From: Corallochytrium limacisporum Hawaii
Lineage: Eukaryota; Protista; Pluriformea
Direction of reading: 5' to 3'
Assembly (NCBI GenBank): GCA_002811645.1
Contig: PDIP01000043.1
Span: forward strand, 84,099 to 148,098
Length of the DNA stretch: 64,000 nt
Part shown: piece by piece, positions 60,126-64,000 of the stretch
How the letters are laid out: each line of letters starts with the position of its first letter
How positions within the stretch are numbered: position 1 is the first letter of the stretch
The notes under the pieces: generated by a model
What the model was told of the DNA's origin: nothing
Seen by the model: the letters and a program-made list of their open reading frames with translations, nothing else
Database searches by the model: none
Translations under genes and position numbers: made by a program

Positions 60126-60281
60126 CTAGATAGTTCATCTCGTCCTAGCAAAGAGTCGACAGACAAAACAACAAATGGAAAAGACAAAAACTAGCCTAAC
60201 ATTAAACATGACAATTCATAGTTTGTGATGAACTATTTTGTGTAGAGTTTATGTTCTTATGCGTATACTGCCGGGGCAGCT

Positions 60282-61298
60282 TCATCGCAAAAACTCCTGC
60301 ACTTCACCGATTTCACGGCGGCGGGCCTCCTGGTGGGCCCACTTGGCCTCTTGAAGCTTTACGTCCGAAGTCCAGTACTCGTGGCAGATGCGTTCGCCAC
60401 AGCCTGGGCAGAACTTGCCGTCCTTGAAGGGCGGGGCCGTCATATACGCATCGAGACACTTATAGTGGTACAAGTGGTTGCAATAGATGCGTACAATCTC
60501 CTTCTCTCGCGGCACCTTAATCCCTAATTTGGCCGGTTCCTGGGGAAGCACGCGCTTGCTGCATATTTGACATCCGTCAGTGGGAAACTGTTTGCAACAA
60601 CGATCGATGAGGAACCTCGCGACGGCAAAGAGCGAAGGCTGCGGAGGTGGAAATTCTTTTTCTCCCGGTTTCTTTAGTGGTTTTGCGCAGCGCTGTGCCA
60701 ATTGCAGGGCCTGCCCGAAGAAAACCTTCACCAGGTACTCAGGGAAGTTGGTAGTCTTTGGTTGCAGCTGTACATGATCTATGGGATAGTTCTCTGGCAC
60801 CGTCAGAGTGAAATCAAGGTTGTATTTTCCTTGCTCGACGTGGAATTCCAGTCGCCCTTTCGACTCTCTAATCTTCATTGTGTCCGTATCCGCAGTGATA
60901 AGATTCTCCCTAATATACAATGCTTCAGCGAAGGCTGGAATGATGAGATTTTTGTACAGTATTTCCCGTACCTGTTCGTAGGCTCCAAGAACTTGCGGTT
61001 TCCCGGACTCAAGGCACTCCTTCATTTTGCTTTCGAAGGCTTTCATCAACTTTGACACAGCTTCCTTACTAAGATGCTTTGACTCCATTTCAAGGAGAGC
61101 CAAACTATTTGGATAGTCCTCGTTGAACTGTACCTTGATATGCACTTGCCGGTACTCTGTAGGACCCGTTGTAATCTTGACCATTTGAGTAAAACATGAG
61201 ACCAGCTCATCCTCGGGTAGCTGATCCTTCAAAAGAGCCAGCTCTTCCTTCAAAGTGGGCGCCTGACTATCCCCTTTCTTGACGTTCTCATCTGTCAT
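60282..61298 (-). CDS. RWD-like repeat plus RING-H2 protein, putative E3 ubiquitin ligase
   Basis: Two YP turn motifs (FNEDYPNS, VPENYPID); C-x2-C...C-x-H-x2-H-x2-C...C-x2-C; C-terminal KWAHQEARRREIGEV. Confidence 0.75.
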   Translation of the reverse strand: MTDENVKKGDSQAPTLKEELALLKDQLPEDELVSCFTQMVKITTGPTEYRQVHIKVQFNEDYPNSLALLEMESKHLSKEAVSKLMKAFESKMKECLESGKPQVLGAYEQVREILYKNLIIPAFAEALYIRENLITADTDTMKIRESKGRLEFHVEQGKYNLDFTLTVPENYPIDHVQLQPKTTNFPEYLVKVFFGQALQLAQRCAKPLKKPGEKEFPPPQPSLFAVARFLIDRCCKQFPTDGCQICSKRVLPQEPAKLGIKVPREKEIVRIYCNHLYHYKCLDAYMTAPPFKDGKFCPGCGERICHEYWTSDVKLQEAKWAHQEARRREIGEVQEFLR

Positions 61299-62268
61299 GG
61301 CTGCGAAAGTCTCAATGCCAAAAAGATCCAGCGTGACTGGATCCCTCCTTGGAAACCCTATTCACATCAAACTAAACCGTTCCATTCTATCTTCTTTTTC
61401 CGCACCGTGATAGGTATCAGAGCACCTTAAACATGGTATCCAACATGGACTTTTGTTTGTCGTTTACTTATATACCCCTTCAATCACAAGCCTGACATAG
61501 TCAACTCCTTCCCGCCGTTCCCAAGGGCTGGCCAAGCGTCCGTCTGGTCCTGACGGGTCTCATTCCCCCACCCGGCAATCTAGGGCCTTGCTAGTGCCGA
61601 GCCTGCGCTGGGGGCCTTCGAGTGAATTTTTCATCGCTGGGGGAACGCGTTCCCGACGACTGCAGGAAGAGACACGAGAGAGAGGGAGAGAGACCAGCGA
61701 GAGGAAGGGGCGGCCCCTGGGGAGAGGAGGGGCCGGGGAGAGGGGAACCGCATGTGAACGAACCGCTGTCGTCGGTCTCTATCCCCTCGTCCCAAAAATA
61801 AGTAAAACTTTGAGTTTTCCCTTCCGGAAGACCCGAAGAAATCCGCAGTGGCGGAAGGGGGGGGGAGGTTTTAGAAAAAGCCAAAGGCAGTGAGGAGATG
61901 AGAGGAACGGAACGCAAGTTACACAGCTGGCAAGCGGAAGAGGAAGGAGGGGTGAAGGCCAATGCGGGGAAAGGGAGGGAGGGGGAGTGCCAGGGAGCGC
62001 CCGCCTTGGGGGATGTATGGAGTTATCAAGCGTCGCAGTGCATTTTCCCAGTATTCCTGTCAGTAATTGCGTACCAGTGTGAGGTATTTGGGACATGGTT
62101 CATTCATATATACAATGCAAACATGATGGTCTGATGGTCTGCATGGTTTACTGTAGTCTGCTAGCTAGATAGATTCAAAACTTGGTTGGCTGAGCAAGTA
62201 TCTTAGACCAGAATAGGTGATGGGATTTGGATAAGATTTCTTGAAGGTCCTAATCAAAGGTCTCAACC

Positions 62269-64000
62269 ATGGCTAGTGAACATATTGGCCGTCATGTCGA
62301 GGCCAGGACACGACAGAACAATGTGTATTCTGGGACTGTTGCGGACGTGGACGGATCCAGTAACTCCTTGACCCTGGTGCAGGTGGTAAAGAATGCAACG
62401 CAGGCTATGACTAGTGTTACATTGAGCGCACGGGATATCCTCGAACTAAAAGAGGCCACCAGTGGTAACGACATTTCCACTGACTCATTGGCTTCCACCC
62501 CCGCTTCTTCAACGCAGCCAACGCCAAATCCAGCATTTAGTCGAGGGAACGTACCCACCGCCACACTCTTGGCACAGCGGAGAAAGCAGCTGGCACAGCC
62601 GCCTGCCTCCCTTCCCCAGCCTACCTATGCAACTACCCAGCCGCCAACATACGGAGCAACAACGCCGCAGGCGTCGCCCATGCCTGCCCCAGGAATACCA
62701 ATGACAGCTGCAAATCTTGAACGAATGGCCATGCAACAGCCTCCTCATCCTCCCATGCACCAAGCTGCTCCACCAACCTATGCATACATGGCAGGACCAC
62801 CGCAGTATGGACCGGGAATGGTCCAGGGACAACCATCTCATCAAGACCATGTTCATGCTCTGGCCGCAAGCGTACAACAAACCTACGCACCACCGCCCCA
62901 TTTCAACGCCGGGCCTGCGCAACCGACATCGGTACCGCCCGTACAATCAGCAACTGCAACAAAGCCGCTCAGTGTGGCAGAGCTCGAGGCACAAATTGCG
63001 GCCAGCTCCCCGGGATTATCAGGAGCAAACCTGCGGACACCCACCCAGCAGCAGCAGCAGCAGCTCAATGGCTCCAACGGTTCTCCACGAAGCAGTCGCC
63101 AGGGAAGCAATAGGTCACCAAATAAGCGGGGGGCCAAGGCAAAATCTCAGCAGCCGCTGGACTTCGAAACGGTGGATCACCAACCGTACCAATATCAGGA
63201 CTCGCGTAGGACGCCGGCAAGGCAGAGAAAGAAGGACGCGGCGACATTCTCCACCAATCTTATGGGGACTTCCAGTAACGACAACATCGGAGATGATTTC
63301 GATTTTCAGGCCAATCTGGCAAAATTTGATAAGAATAGCATTTTCAGGGAAATCGCCGAAGCGGATGACATTGACGCTTCTCATCGCTTGGTGGCACATA
63401 ATAAGAGGCCAGCGGAAGCCAAGATCCATTACACCGAGAGTGCCCTGGACGAAAACAGTCAGCAAATGCAGCAAGCTGGTGCTTCAGAGATCGCCCGGGC
63501 ACGCCAGGCGACATCTTTTGTCAGCGATCACGGCTACCCTATTCCTGTGACCACCCTGGAAACACGACGGCGCTTGATACGATATGCAGACTCTCTTGGG
63601 TACAAGGAGCATACATTCATTGAAAATAGTGGGCGGTCAGTTAGTGAAATGGCGCTGCAGCTCCTGGGTGGCGCACGTCGCATCAATCCTTCCAATCGGC
63701 ACCAATTACCCACTGTGATTGTTCTGGCGGGTGATGCAGTGAAGGGACAGGTAGCCATCTGTGCCGCGCGCCACTTGGCAAACCATAACATTAAGGTCAA
63801 ACTGTGTGTGCCGGCCAGTGCACAGATCCCATTGGGTGCCATTGACATGTTCAGCAACAGTGACGGTGAGATTTCGGAGGGAGCGGAAAGCCTTCCGGAC
63901 ACCCTCATCGATCCTGTGGACCTCATTCTAGACGGTCTCGCTGGCCTCAGCAGTGACATTGACGATGCTCTTGAAGATGACGTCTGCCAGATGATTCAGT
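62269..64000 (+). CDS. EDC3: Enhancer of mRNA decapping 3 (LSm-FDF-YjeF_N), truncated by the window end
   Basis: Absent from the ORF track (no stop in window). Hand translation gives an LSm start MASEHIGRHVE...YSGTVADVD, DDFDFQANLAKFDK near 63292-63333, then YjeF_N-like IENSGR...ARHLANH. Confidence 0.9.
   Translation, partial: MASEHIGRHVEARTRQNNVYSGTVADVDGSSNSLTLVQVVKNATQAMTSVTLSARDILELKEATSGNDISTDSLASTPASSTQPTPNPAFSRGNVPTATLLAQRRKQLAQPPASLPQPTYATTQPPTYGATTPQASPMPAPGIPMTAANLERMAMQQPPHPPMHQAAPPTYAYMAGPPQYGPGMVQGQPSHQDHVHALAASVQQTYAPPPHFNAGPAQPTSVPPVQSATATKPLSVAELEAQIAASSPGLSGANLRTPTQQQQQQLNGSNGSPRSSRQGSNRSPNKRGAKAKSQQPLDFETVDHQPYQYQDSRRTPARQRKKDAATFSTNLMGTSSNDNIGDDFDFQANLAKFDKNSIFREIAEADDIDASHRLVAHNKRPAEAKIHYTESALDENSQQMQQAGASEIARARQATSFVSDHGYPIPVTTLETRRRLIRYADSLGYKEHTFIENSGRSVSEMALQLLGGARRINPSNRHQLPTVIVLAGDAVKGQVAICAARHLANHNIKVKLCVPASAQIPLGAIDMFSNSDGEISEGAESLPDTLIDPVDLILDGLAGLSSDIDDALEDDVCQMIQ

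Noticed and set aside
62717-63550. 277-aa + strand ORF
   Set aside because: Alternative frame of the low-complexity middle of EDC3; the real frame starts at 62269

Overview
Gene-dense eukaryotic genomic DNA using the standard code. I find 28 protein-coding genes (the last is cut by the window edge), none with an intron inside its main ORF. There are three assembly gaps, and I recognised no tRNA, rRNA, CRISPR array or transposon. The gene set mixes animal-like proteins (ANKRD40, RFX with a dimerisation domain, animal-like APC13, SIK/MARK kinase, CCP2/3-like) with families typical of fungi and protists (Vac8, Oca1, WrbA). Together with intronless ORFs this suggests an intron-poor unicellular holozoan such as Corallochytrium; that is inference, not verified. 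Genes alternate strand at 22 of 27 junctions, with short convergent spacers and long divergent spacers that carry homopolymer/microsatellite islands. Main leads: (1) short GT-branch-AG segments in 5' leaders of otherwise intronless genes, plus a Tudor-less SPF30, hinting at reduced, leader-restricted splicing or trans-splicing; (2) a bacterial-type WrbA with an MGCACGK acylation leader next to a Vac8 that lacks one; (3) a stand-alone LigA/RFC1-type BRCT protein with a mitochondrial-like presequence; (4) a SIK3-like kinase retaining a KA1 domain; (5) a stem-loop followed by an Sm-site-like motif; (6) a UGA-CUAG readthrough context on succinyl-CoA ligase beta. All family calls are from visual motif recognition; no searches were run.
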